From assembly GCA_041740735.1 (NCBI GenBank), contig JBGSLL010000058.1, positions 17,783 to 81,782 on the forward strand: a stretch of 64,000 bases of DNA, read 5' to 3'. Positions 35,635-44,348 of the stretch are shown one piece after another. The DNA is from Rhodopirellula sp. GTDB lineage: Bacteria; Planctomycetota; Planctomycetia; Pirellulales; Pirellulaceae. Both the position numbers and the translations under genes were made by a program. Every line of letters starts with the position of its first letter. Position 1 is the first letter of the stretch. Below the pieces are notes generated by a model that was not told where the DNA came from, did not search any database, and worked only from the letters and a program-made list of their open reading frames with translations.

Positions 35635-36207
35635 TTGATTATGCGTCACCTTCTCGCTTGTGCCCTTACCCTGGGAGTATTTACCACGATGGCTTTTGCA
35701 GCAGATAAATCGGACGAGCATGACTGCTCCCTCGATTTCAAAGTTAAGAACATTGACGGCGAAACGGTCGACCTCGAAGACTATGAGGGAAAAGTGGTCC
35801 TGATCGTCAATGTCGCCAGCAAGTGCGGGCTTACGAAACAGTACACCGGCCTTGAGGCCCTCTACAAAAAGTACGAAGACAAAGGCTTTGTGATCCTCGG
35901 TTTCCCTTGCAATCAGTTCAAAGGCCAAGAGCCAGGTTCTGAAGCCGACATCAAGAAATTCTGCTCGACAAAGTACAATGTCACGTTCCCTTTGTTTAGC
36001 AAGGTCGAAGTCAACGGTGAGGGTGCCTGCGATCTTTACAAACATTTGACTTCGACTCCCGCGTCACCCGTCGGAGAAGGAGAGATTTCGTGGAACTTCG
36101 AAAAATTCCTGATCAACCGCGACGGAAAATTGGTTCATCGCTTCAGCCCGAGAACGGTTCCAGAAGATGAAGAACTCGTCAAAGCAATCGAAGCGGAACT
36201 GAATTAG
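35635..36207 (+). CDS. glutathione peroxidase (Cys-type) with a signal peptide
   Basis: VVLIVNVASKCGLT, LGFPCNQFKGQEPG and WNFEKFLI. The catalytic residue is Cys, not a TGA-encoded Sec. Confidence 0.9.
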   Translation: MIMRHLLACALTLGVFTTMAFAADKSDEHDCSLDFKVKNIDGETVDLEDYEGKVVLIVNVASKCGLTKQYTGLEALYKKYEDKGFVILGFPCNQFKGQEPGSEADIKKFCSTKYNVTFPLFSKVEVNGEGACDLYKHLTSTPASPVGEGEISWNFEKFLINRDGKLVHRFSPRTVPEDEELVKAIEAELN

Positions 36208-36225
36208 AGAGAGAAAGCTAGCGGT

Positions 36226-37131
36226 TCATTGCGTCTCGATTGCACGGACTCCCATTGTCCAGGCAAACAAAATGATGAGGATCGCAGTCGCACCCGCAGC
36301 ACTTTGAACTCGCGCGTTTTCTAAAACGCGCGGCGGCAATTGTGTGGCGAACCATCCGAACAAGCCGCCAGAAATGAACCCAGCGAAATGGGCTCCGACA
36401 TCAGTGCGTTCGCCCTCGGTACCTAAAAACGCGAGCATCAGAACGCCCGCAATAAGCGGACTGTACCTCTGCATTGAATTGAGAGCAGCTTTGCTACTGG
36501 GCCGCAGAGCGTGAGCCACGAGGATACCGAGCGCCGCAAATACCCCCGTCGACGCTCCGATCGAAGTGTGATCGGTGCCTTGCATCATTGCATTTAAGAC
36601 GTTTCCCACGGCTCCGGCGCAAGTAATGGAAAACCATGCGATTCCGCCGCCAAGCAAACGGCCAACGAGTAAACCGAAGAAGCTGCCGAACACCAGATTC
36701 GACATCAAGTGGCCTGCGTCGACGTGAAGCGTGAGCGCCGTGATGGCCCGCCACCATTGCCCGCTGAGTAAGTCTCCTGCTCGCATCCGGCCCACTGCGT
36801 GCCACGGCGATGGCTCATTGCCTGCATTGGCCACTAGAAAAATAGAAACGAGGATCACACTATAAAAGGCTATCCCCAGCACCGCCCCGCCGTAAATAGG
36901 AACTGCGGATTCGGTAATCGTGGAAATCGCAGGATTGTCTTTCGCGTAAGCATCGAGCTCCAATGCAGCGACTTCGTGGTGCCGCGCTGCGACGAGCAAC
37001 TGCCAGTGGCCATCTTCGCGATGAACATGACTCGGGATCGAAGCCGATTCAAGGACGAGTCGATATTCCAGACACTCGGAATGATGCGGCGATTCAAAAA
37101 CGATCGCAAGTTCCTTATCAGACTTTTCCAT
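36226..37131 (-). CDS. rhomboid-family intramembrane serine protease
   Basis: Contains WRAITALTLHVDAGHLMSN, catalytic GASTGVFAALG and HFAGFISGG. Soluble N-terminal domain. Confidence 0.85.
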   Translation of the reverse strand: MEKSDKELAIVFESPHHSECLEYRLVLESASIPSHVHREDGHWQLLVAARHHEVAALELDAYAKDNPAISTITESAVPIYGGAVLGIAFYSVILVSIFLVANAGNEPSPWHAVGRMRAGDLLSGQWWRAITALTLHVDAGHLMSNLVFGSFFGLLVGRLLGGGIAWFSITCAGAVGNVLNAMMQGTDHTSIGASTGVFAALGILVAHALRPSSKAALNSMQRYSPLIAGVLMLAFLGTEGERTDVGAHFAGFISGGLFGWFATQLPPRVLENARVQSAAGATAILIILFAWTMGVRAIETQ

Positions 37132-37161
37132 AATGCAAAAGCAATAATTGAGTGGCAGAGG

Positions 37162-38190
37162 TTAAATGCCTGTTGCCGTTAGCCGCTCTTCGACAGGAAA
37201 AAACTCCTCGACGATGCTGTAGAACTCTTCGGGAGTCGAGACATTGGCGACATGGGAGCGAAAGTGTCTCGCACCGGGTTTTCCTTGGGCATAGCAGCAT
37301 GCGTACTTGCGCATCAGCACGGTTCCCTTGTCCGCACCAAATCGATCGACCACCAATTGGTAGTGCCGGAGCATCACATCGCGCTGTTCCAAAAGCGTCG
37401 GCTCGGGAGGGATTGGCTCTCCTTTCAACGCCGCAGCGGCCTGTGCAAACAGCCACGGACGGCCCAAGCATGCGCGTGCGATCATCACCCCATCCACATC
37501 ATAGTTCTCAAACGCAGCCACCACTTTCTCGGCGGAATCAAGGTCTCCGTTTCCAATCAGCGGAATCGATTTGAGTCGGCTTTTGATCTCGCTAATTCGA
37601 TCCCAGTCCGCAGAGCCCGTAAACATGTCTTGAGCGGTGCGTCCATGAACGGTGAGTGCTGCGGCCCCGGCTTCTTCAACAACCTTAGCGACATCATTGC
37701 AGTTCACGTTGTCTCGCGTGCATCCCAGCCGAATTTTTGCGGTCACAGGGGTCGGACTGCACGCCTTTACCAATTGGCTGATGATTGCATACATACGCTG
37801 TGGGTCGCGAAGTAGATAGCTTCCGCTATGCGCTTTTTGTGTCACCTGTTTGACGGGGCATCCGAAATTGATGTCGACGATGCTGACGCGATACTCTTCG
37901 ACGAGTCGCTTCCCCACCTTTGCCATGGTCTCCGGATCGTTGTCCCAGATCTGAACCGCGAGTGGTCGAGGCTCATCGGCAACTCCCCACAAGCGATCAG
38001 GGTGTTCGGCTTCGTTCTCATCGAGCCAAACAAATCCGCGAGCGTTCACCATTTCGGTCGCCAGCAAGCCGGCACCACCAAAACCTCGAACGATGTGTCG
38101 AAATGCAGCATTCGTGAACCCTGCCATCGGAGCTTGAAGGATTGGAGGATCGATGGTTAGGTCGCCAATCTTTAATGGAGGGGGAGACAT
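37162..38190 (-). CDS. tRNA-dihydrouridine synthase (Dus family)
   Basis: LQAPMAGFTNAAFR, DINFGCPVKQV, HGRTAQDMF and IGNGDL motifs. Confidence 0.9.
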   Translation of the reverse strand: MSPPPLKIGDLTIDPPILQAPMAGFTNAAFRHIVRGFGGAGLLATEMVNARGFVWLDENEAEHPDRLWGVADEPRPLAVQIWDNDPETMAKVGKRLVEEYRVSIVDINFGCPVKQVTQKAHSGSYLLRDPQRMYAIISQLVKACSPTPVTAKIRLGCTRDNVNCNDVAKVVEEAGAAALTVHGRTAQDMFTGSADWDRISEIKSRLKSIPLIGNGDLDSAEKVVAAFENYDVDGVMIARACLGRPWLFAQAAAALKGEPIPPEPTLLEQRDVMLRHYQLVVDRFGADKGTVLMRKYACCYAQGKPGARHFRSHVANVSTPEEFYSIVEEFFPVEERLTATGI

Positions 38191-38484
38191 AGTCTGAAGG
38201 TTCAGAAGGGTAGGAATATGAGTGAGTCAACTTACCTTTCTCGCAAGAATTCGAGTCGGGACTGCAACGACACTCTACAATAAATCGGGCTTTTCGCGAA
38301 TCGCTTCTCCGATAATCCCCGGCAATTTCTTTGCTGCCCAGTCAAACAAATTTGGATTTGCGATCAACAATTTGTGTGTTCCATTTACACAGCAAGCTTT
38401 TGGGAAACTATAATGCTGCGGTAGTTGCTTATCGCCTGTCAAGTAAAATTCACAATCATTTTTTAGCGTTATTGCCCCAAAGTC

Positions 38485-39552
38485 TTGAACGTTCTAATTA
38501 CCGGTGTCTGTGGGTTTGTTGGCAGGTGGATTGCTCAAAGCTTGGTCCAAATGGACTCGTCAATCCAGCTTTGGGGAATTGATAACCTAAGTCGTGCTGG
38601 CAGCGAATGGAATCGCACACCGTTGAAGCACTTGGGGGTGCGGTTCATCCATGGCGATTTGCGTTCTGCCAGTGATCTAGATTCGTTGCCGACGGTGGAC
38701 TGGGTGATTGATTGCGCTGCGATGCCGAGCGTCTTGGCCGGCACCGAGGGTAATGGCTCTCCTCGACAACTTATTGAGCACAATGTGTTGAGTTCGGTAA
38801 ACCTACTTGAGTATTGCCGCGCTCGGCGCAGCGGATTGATTCTGTTGAGTACCAGTCGTGTGTACTCGATCGAGCCTTTGTCAAGGCTTCCATTGATTGT
38901 GCGTGACAATGCATTAGTTCTTGATTTGTCTTGCGAGCTTGCGGTGGGTGTATCGTCAAGTGGAATTGACGAGTCTTTCTCGACGGTCGCTCCCGTGTCG
39001 CTATATGGGGCAACAAAACTTGCTTCCGAAACGATGGCGTGCGAGTATGCTTGGGCGTTTGATATTCCTCTTAGGATCAATCGATGTGGTGTGCTTGCAG
39101 GAGCAGGCCAGTTTGGACGCGCCGAGCAAGGGATTTTTAGCTTTTGGATCCACTCGCATCATGCCCGCAAATCCCTGAAGTACATCGGTGCAAACGGAAC
39201 GGGATTTCAAGTTCGAGATTGTTTGCATCCCATGGATGTTGCTCGGTTGGTTTTGTTGCAAATGCACGAGGGCTTGAATCCGAAGAAGCCGGTCATCGCA
39301 AATGTCAGTGGTGGAATTGAGTCAGCACGCTCGCTCTATCAACTGACTCAGTGGTGCAACGAAGAGTTTGGAGACCACGAAGTGCACTCGTCCGACGAAG
39401 TACGGCCTTTTGATTTACCGTGGATTGTTTTGAACAGTGAGTTAGCACGCCAGATGTGGAATTGGACTCCTGCGCTTTCGACCGATCAGATCCTCAGTGA
39501 GATTGCCGAGCATGCTCGCACCCACACCGACTGGTTGGAGTATTCCCAATGA
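38485..39552 (+). CDS. NAD-dependent sugar epimerase/dehydratase (SDR extended family)
   Basis: TTG start. Rossmann motif VLITGVCGFVGRW and a YGATK catalytic-type motif. Confidence 0.85.
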   Translation: MNVLITGVCGFVGRWIAQSLVQMDSSIQLWGIDNLSRAGSEWNRTPLKHLGVRFIHGDLRSASDLDSLPTVDWVIDCAAMPSVLAGTEGNGSPRQLIEHNVLSSVNLLEYCRARRSGLILLSTSRVYSIEPLSRLPLIVRDNALVLDLSCELAVGVSSSGIDESFSTVAPVSLYGATKLASETMACEYAWAFDIPLRINRCGVLAGAGQFGRAEQGIFSFWIHSHHARKSLKYIGANGTGFQVRDCLHPMDVARLVLLQMHEGLNPKKPVIANVSGGIESARSLYQLTQWCNEEFGDHEVHSSDEVRPFDLPWIVLNSELARQMWNWTPALSTDQILSEIAEHARTHTDWLEYSQ

Positions 39553-40385
39553 CTCCTGAGCTATCGATCGTTATTCCTGCGTTCAATGAGGAAGCGAATA
39601 TAGGGCCTTGCCTTGACGAACTGCTGGGGTTGCTGGTCGATGAGAAACAAATTGCCACTGAGGTTATCGTTGTCAACGACAACAGCCAAGACGATACCGA
39701 AGCGGAGGTGCTTGAACGCATGGAGCGATGGCCGATGATTCGTTTGGTTCGTCGACAACCGCCTGGTGGATTCGGTCGTGCATTGCGAACGGGATTGCAA
39801 TTTGTTCGTGGCAATATTGTCGTCGTTTACATGGCGGATCGGTCCGACCATCCTCAAGACGTCTTGAAGTATTTTCAAACGATAAACGAAGGATACGATT
39901 GCGTTTTCGGTTCTCGTTTTATAAAGGGTGCCGAAGTCAAACGATATCCCAAAGTGAAGCTCTTTGTGAATCGAATCGTCAACAAATCGGTTCAATGGAT
40001 GTTCTGGACCGACATGAACGACCTCACCAACGCCTTCAAGGCTTACCGGCGAGACGTGATCGAACACTGCGGTCCCTATCGCGCTTGTCATTTCAACATC
40101 ACCCTTGAGATGTCGCTCAGTGCACTGATAAGTGGTTACCGCATTTGCCAGATTCCCATTCACTGGGAAGGGAGAACATGGGGGGCGAGCAATCTTAGAA
40201 TGCGAGAAATGGGGCGTCGCTACCTTTGCACCTTGATGATGTTGTTTTTCCAGCGCGTGCTCATGTCGGACGACGTTCGAGCGGAAAGCGTGAGGCAACT
40301 TGATAGTGCGATTGAAATTAACTCAACTAAACAGATTGGACCGAGCACATTAGAAGAATTTCCAGGTAGGCAAAAGGATGCTTGA
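39549..40385 (+). CDS. family-2 glycosyltransferase (polyprenyl-phosphate sugar synthase-like)
   Basis: LSIVIPAFNEE, VVNDNSQDDT and VVVYMADRSDHP (DxD-like). 4-nt overlap with the epimerase gene. Confidence 0.85.
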   Translation: MTPELSIVIPAFNEEANIGPCLDELLGLLVDEKQIATEVIVVNDNSQDDTEAEVLERMERWPMIRLVRRQPPGGFGRALRTGLQFVRGNIVVVYMADRSDHPQDVLKYFQTINEGYDCVFGSRFIKGAEVKRYPKVKLFVNRIVNKSVQWMFWTDMNDLTNAFKAYRRDVIEHCGPYRACHFNITLEMSLSALISGYRICQIPIHWEGRTWGASNLRMREMGRRYLCTLMMLFFQRVLMSDDVRAESVRQLDSAIEINSTKQIGPSTLEEFPGRQKDA

Positions 40386-40400
40386 GTCAGCCGTCTGGTC

Positions 40401-42119
40401 GTGCAACTTATCCAAAATCAGATTTCTACTCAACCAAGCTCAGACATGGTAAGTGATACAAAAGAGGAGTCTTGCGGAAATGAACAACTCGAAAAAATCG
40501 AAAGGGAAAAAGTATCGCAAAAATGGGCAAAACTGGAGATTGCGACGCAAATAGTGCTTGTTGTGGGTGTGCTATGCATCTTGCACCTACGTGGGTTAAA
40601 CGAATCCACATTGCGAGGAACCGGACTATGGGCTGAGGATGGTAGCGTTTTCATGGTCGATGCCTTGAACCATGGATTGGCTTCTGTCGTGAAACCATAC
40701 TCAGGCTACCTTCACCTGTACCCTCGCTTGATTGCACTTACTTCGACACTCCGCACATTCACAGTGCCTTGGATCTTTACTTTGGGGTGGTTGCTCAGCT
40801 TCTTTTTAATGTGGGGTACGATTTACTGTGCCTTTAGACCACTAAAATTTGGAGCCAGCTTGTCCTCTTTAGTGGTGCTGGGCATCGTGCTACAACCAAA
40901 CACCGGTGAAGTCTTTTTTAATCTCACCAATTCGCAATGGTTTCTAGCAATTGGCATGAGTGTCTACTCTCTTCTTTGCGATGTAGGGAAGCACAAAACG
41001 ATTGCGTTTGCAATGCTTATGACTCTTGGTTTGACAGGCCCCTTTTCGATCATCTTGGTTCCTCCTCTGCTCGTTAAGTGGTATTTTGCACGAGACTTCC
41101 AAGAAAATAGAAGTCTCTACGTTGCAATTCTTATTTCAGCGTTGATTCAGTTGCTTTTCGTTATGCAATCGCAACGACTCGAGGGCGTCGTCAGCTCAAA
41201 TGTATTTGATTGGATCGATGCAGTCGTGAAGTTTATGTCTTTTGGCACATCTGGCGCAATGCAAATCGTGGCGATTTTCATGTGGCTTTGTTATCTGCTG
41301 TTTGTGGTGAGTGGGGTGCGTTCTCCAGATGTGCTCAACACTGAAACTTTTAAACGAGGATTGTTTTTATTAATCGCAATGGTGTTTTTCTACGTTGCGG
41401 GACTTTGGGTCTATCGAGATAGACCTGCTCTTCTGAGCCCAATGGGATTTGGAGCAAGATACTTTTTCATTCCGTATTCTTTAGCAATTATCGCGTTTCC
41501 GTTTGTTTTGCATAAGAGAGTTTCATTGCTTGCCCTGGGGCATGAGGCATGGGGCGTACTTCTCTCCACGATGTTTGTTGTGGTTAGCATCTTTCAGTTT
41601 TCTGAATCGCAAATTGAGCGTCCTGATCTTCAGTTTCAGTCCTACCGCTGGTGGGCTTCCAAGAAGCCAGACGTCTCGATTCCGATTAACCCTGGCGGGA
41701 TATGGGACATCAAGATCAACGCCACTGGTCCTCAAGATAATTTTAGAGTGATGACTATTAAGAAAGCGAAAGTATCTAACGGGAAGATGCTTAGTGGCAA
41801 AGGCACGCTCTTGCTTGCAAGCGAGAAAACTGAGTTGCAGTTCTCGATTCCACCTCAGTCGCATAACTCAAAAAATATTGGCATTGAAATTGAACTCGTT
41901 CGAGAATTTCCGGGAACGGGTCAAATGTCTCTAGGGAATGAGAAATCCCTTGACGACCAAATAAGCATAACGAGAGAATATCCTGCGGGCGCAATTTACA
42001 TGCAATTTGCGTTTCCGCTAAGTAAAGACGCCAACAGGGTTAGGTTTAATCCAACAACACAGATTGAAACTATTCTAATCAAGGAAGTTCGCATTTACTT
42101 TGATTCAACAAAGTCTTGA
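40401..42119 (+). CDS. polytopic membrane protein with a soluble C-terminal domain (possible GT-C-like or polysaccharide-assembly protein)
   Basis: About 10 or more hydrophobic segments over ~400 aa, then a ~170-aa soluble domain. GC is clearly lower than in neighbouring genes. GTG at 40401 or ATG at 40446. Confidence 0.6.
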   Translation: MQLIQNQISTQPSSDMVSDTKEESCGNEQLEKIEREKVSQKWAKLEIATQIVLVVGVLCILHLRGLNESTLRGTGLWAEDGSVFMVDALNHGLASVVKPYSGYLHLYPRLIALTSTLRTFTVPWIFTLGWLLSFFLMWGTIYCAFRPLKFGASLSSLVVLGIVLQPNTGEVFFNLTNSQWFLAIGMSVYSLLCDVGKHKTIAFAMLMTLGLTGPFSIILVPPLLVKWYFARDFQENRSLYVAILISALIQLLFVMQSQRLEGVVSSNVFDWIDAVVKFMSFGTSGAMQIVAIFMWLCYLLFVVSGVRSPDVLNTETFKRGLFLLIAMVFFYVAGLWVYRDRPALLSPMGFGARYFFIPYSLAIIAFPFVLHKRVSLLALGHEAWGVLLSTMFVVVSIFQFSESQIERPDLQFQSYRWWASKKPDVSIPINPGGIWDIKINATGPQDNFRVMTIKKAKVSNGKMLSGKGTLLLASEKTELQFSIPPQSHNSKNIGIEIELVREFPGTGQMSLGNEKSLDDQISITREYPAGAIYMQFAFPLSKDANRVRFNPTTQIETILIKEVRIYFDSTKS

Positions 42120-42270
42120 TTATTTGTTCCAACCTAATTGCATTGTTGTGGTCTAGCTTAAAGACCGAGGGTAAATCGCAAAAGCAACTCTCGAGTTCAA
42201 ACGATTGTGAATAAATTCGAGTTGCTCGGTCTGAGTTATTTCGGACGGAAATTCAAAACTCTCTCGCCCC

Positions 42271-44055
42271 TCACTCATATACTTCAGCACTCAGTTCGAC
42301 CCAGCGTTCTTCGGCTTCGCTTAGCTCGACTTCGATCGCTTTGATCTGATCGTGCAACTTCATTGCCGATTTCGGATCGGTTTCTGTTAAAAGCTGTGAG
42401 TTGAGTGCTTTCTTTTCATCGTCGAGTTTGGCAATCTTCTTTTCAACATTCTTGAGTTCTTTCTCCGCTTTACGCGAATCGCGTTGATCCTTGCGATGGT
42501 CTATCGCTGGAGCTTTCCCAGGGCGGTCCGATTTTGTTGGGGCGACTTTTCCTCGCGCGATCTCGTTGTCGTCGACTTCTTTCTCAAGCGATGCCAAGTA
42601 GTGGTCGTAGTCGCCAAAGTGATTCTTGACCGTGCCATCGCGAACTTCGATCACACTTGTTGCCAATCGCCGCATGAAATAACGATCATGGCTGGTAAAG
42701 ATCACAGTCCCTTTATAACCCTCTAGTGCCGCCGCGAGCGCTTCGACCGTTTCCACGTCCAAGTGGTTACCGGGTTCGTCGAGGACGAGTACGTTCGAAT
42801 TGCCTAACAGCAGCCCGGCCATGCAGAGCCTTGCTCGCTCCCCGCCGCTAAGCACCTTTACCTTCTTTTGAATTTGATCATCGCGGAACAAAAGTGCTCC
42901 CGCCATCGCGAGAAGCTCTTGTCGAGTCGTTCCTGCATTGGAGTTGTACTCCAAGTGTTCAATGACTGTCATCCGTTCGTCGAGACTCGTGTAAACATGT
43001 TGAGCGTAAACGCCGATGTCGACTCCGTAGCCCCACTTCATTTCTCCCTCAATCGGCGGAAGCGAATGGACGAGCGTCCGAAGCATCGTTGTTTTTCCTT
43101 GCCCGTTGTCACCAACGATCGCCGCGCGCACACCATGTTCAATCTCGAGTGTGATATCACCAGCGACTTTATGGTCGGGATATCCGATGGCGAGCCCGGT
43201 GCAACGGAACGCAGTCCCTTGTCGAGGCTCCACACGAGGTGCCCTCATGTAGACCGTGGGTTCATCGGTTTCGATCTCGGTGGTTTGCAACCGTTCAAGT
43301 TGTTTTGCTTTGCTTCGAGCTTGGCTAGCAGTCGATGCGTTTGCTCGATTCTTTTCGATAAAACGTTGTAATTGCTTTTGCTTGGAGGCTACCGTTGCAT
43401 TGACTCGCCGATCGTGTTCCCGGCGTTCTTCACGAAAATCCAGATAGGCGTCGATCTTGCCAGTAAACATGGTCAATTTTCCACGCGACAACTCGAGTGT
43501 TTGAGAGCAAGTCGCTTTTAAGAACGCTCGGTCGTGGCTCACGATGAGTGCGGCTTTGCTAAAAGCACGCAAAAAATGCTCCAACAGGATCTGCGTTCTC
43601 AAGTCCAAGAAGTTCGTCGGCTCATCGAGCATCAGGAGATTTGGGTCATGCAATAGCAGGGCTGCGAGCTTGACTCGCGTTTGCCAGCCACCGGAGAGCG
43701 CCTTGACTGGGCCCTCAAGATAGGCCCCTTTCAGTTCGAATTCGCCAGCAACTTCGCCGCACCGCCATTCGGGTTGGCCGCTGTCGCGCATCAGAAAATC
43801 GAGAGCCGATTCACCTGGTTGGAACGGATCATGCTGGCGCAAATACCCGATGCGAAGGTTCGGATGGCGGACGATTTCGCCTTTTTCCAGTTCTTCTTCG
43901 CCTAAAAGAACTCGCATCAACGTTGATTTTCCTGCTCCATTACGTCCGATGAAGCCGACTTTCACATCGTCGACGAGTGAGATTTCAGCGGCATCCAGTA
44001 CGATTTGATCTCCGAATCGCTTGTATGCGTCGCGTAATTGAAGAAGGACTGCCAT
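42271..44055 (-). CDS. ABC-F family ATPase (two ABC cassettes, no TM; coiled-coil C-terminus)
   Basis: Two Walker A motifs (GRNGAGKST; GDNGQGKTT), two signature motifs (LSGGWQ; LSGGER), and a charged C-terminal coiled coil. Confidence 0.9.
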   Translation of the reverse strand: MAVLLQLRDAYKRFGDQIVLDAAEISLVDDVKVGFIGRNGAGKSTLMRVLLGEEELEKGEIVRHPNLRIGYLRQHDPFQPGESALDFLMRDSGQPEWRCGEVAGEFELKGAYLEGPVKALSGGWQTRVKLAALLLHDPNLLMLDEPTNFLDLRTQILLEHFLRAFSKAALIVSHDRAFLKATCSQTLELSRGKLTMFTGKIDAYLDFREERREHDRRVNATVASKQKQLQRFIEKNRANASTASQARSKAKQLERLQTTEIETDEPTVYMRAPRVEPRQGTAFRCTGLAIGYPDHKVAGDITLEIEHGVRAAIVGDNGQGKTTMLRTLVHSLPPIEGEMKWGYGVDIGVYAQHVYTSLDERMTVIEHLEYNSNAGTTRQELLAMAGALLFRDDQIQKKVKVLSGGERARLCMAGLLLGNSNVLVLDEPGNHLDVETVEALAAALEGYKGTVIFTSHDRYFMRRLATSVIEVRDGTVKNHFGDYDHYLASLEKEVDDNEIARGKVAPTKSDRPGKAPAIDHRKDQRDSRKAEKELKNVEKKIAKLDDEKKALNSQLLTETDPKSAMKLHDQIKAIEVELSEAEERWVELSAEVYE

Positions 44056-44348
44056 ATTCCAAACGGTTGAACGTGAAAAAAGAGTGATTACAGGACCATT
44101 CTCGGCATGGGTGTCTACCGGGGTCCAGGGGAAGGGGCTCGGAAACGAGCTTTGCCGTCCGAAAATTTATCAAGCGGAAGCCGATTGCCATAGGCGTTTG
44201 AAGACAGCCACTAGGAACGCAATCGCTGATATTCTAAATTTTAGGCCTGAGCAATATGATTCATTTCTTCGTAACAAATTTGTTGAAATGACTTCCCCCT
44301 ATAGCCCTCTCCCTGCCGTTAAGAAATTAGACGGCTGGATTTGCCGAT

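Noticed and set aside
42170-42225. An inverted repeat, GCAACTC ... GAGTTGC, between the convergent membrane-protein and ABC-F genes as a terminator.
   Set aside because: The stem is only 7 bp, the loop is long, and there is no U-tract on either strand. The evidence is too weak to call.
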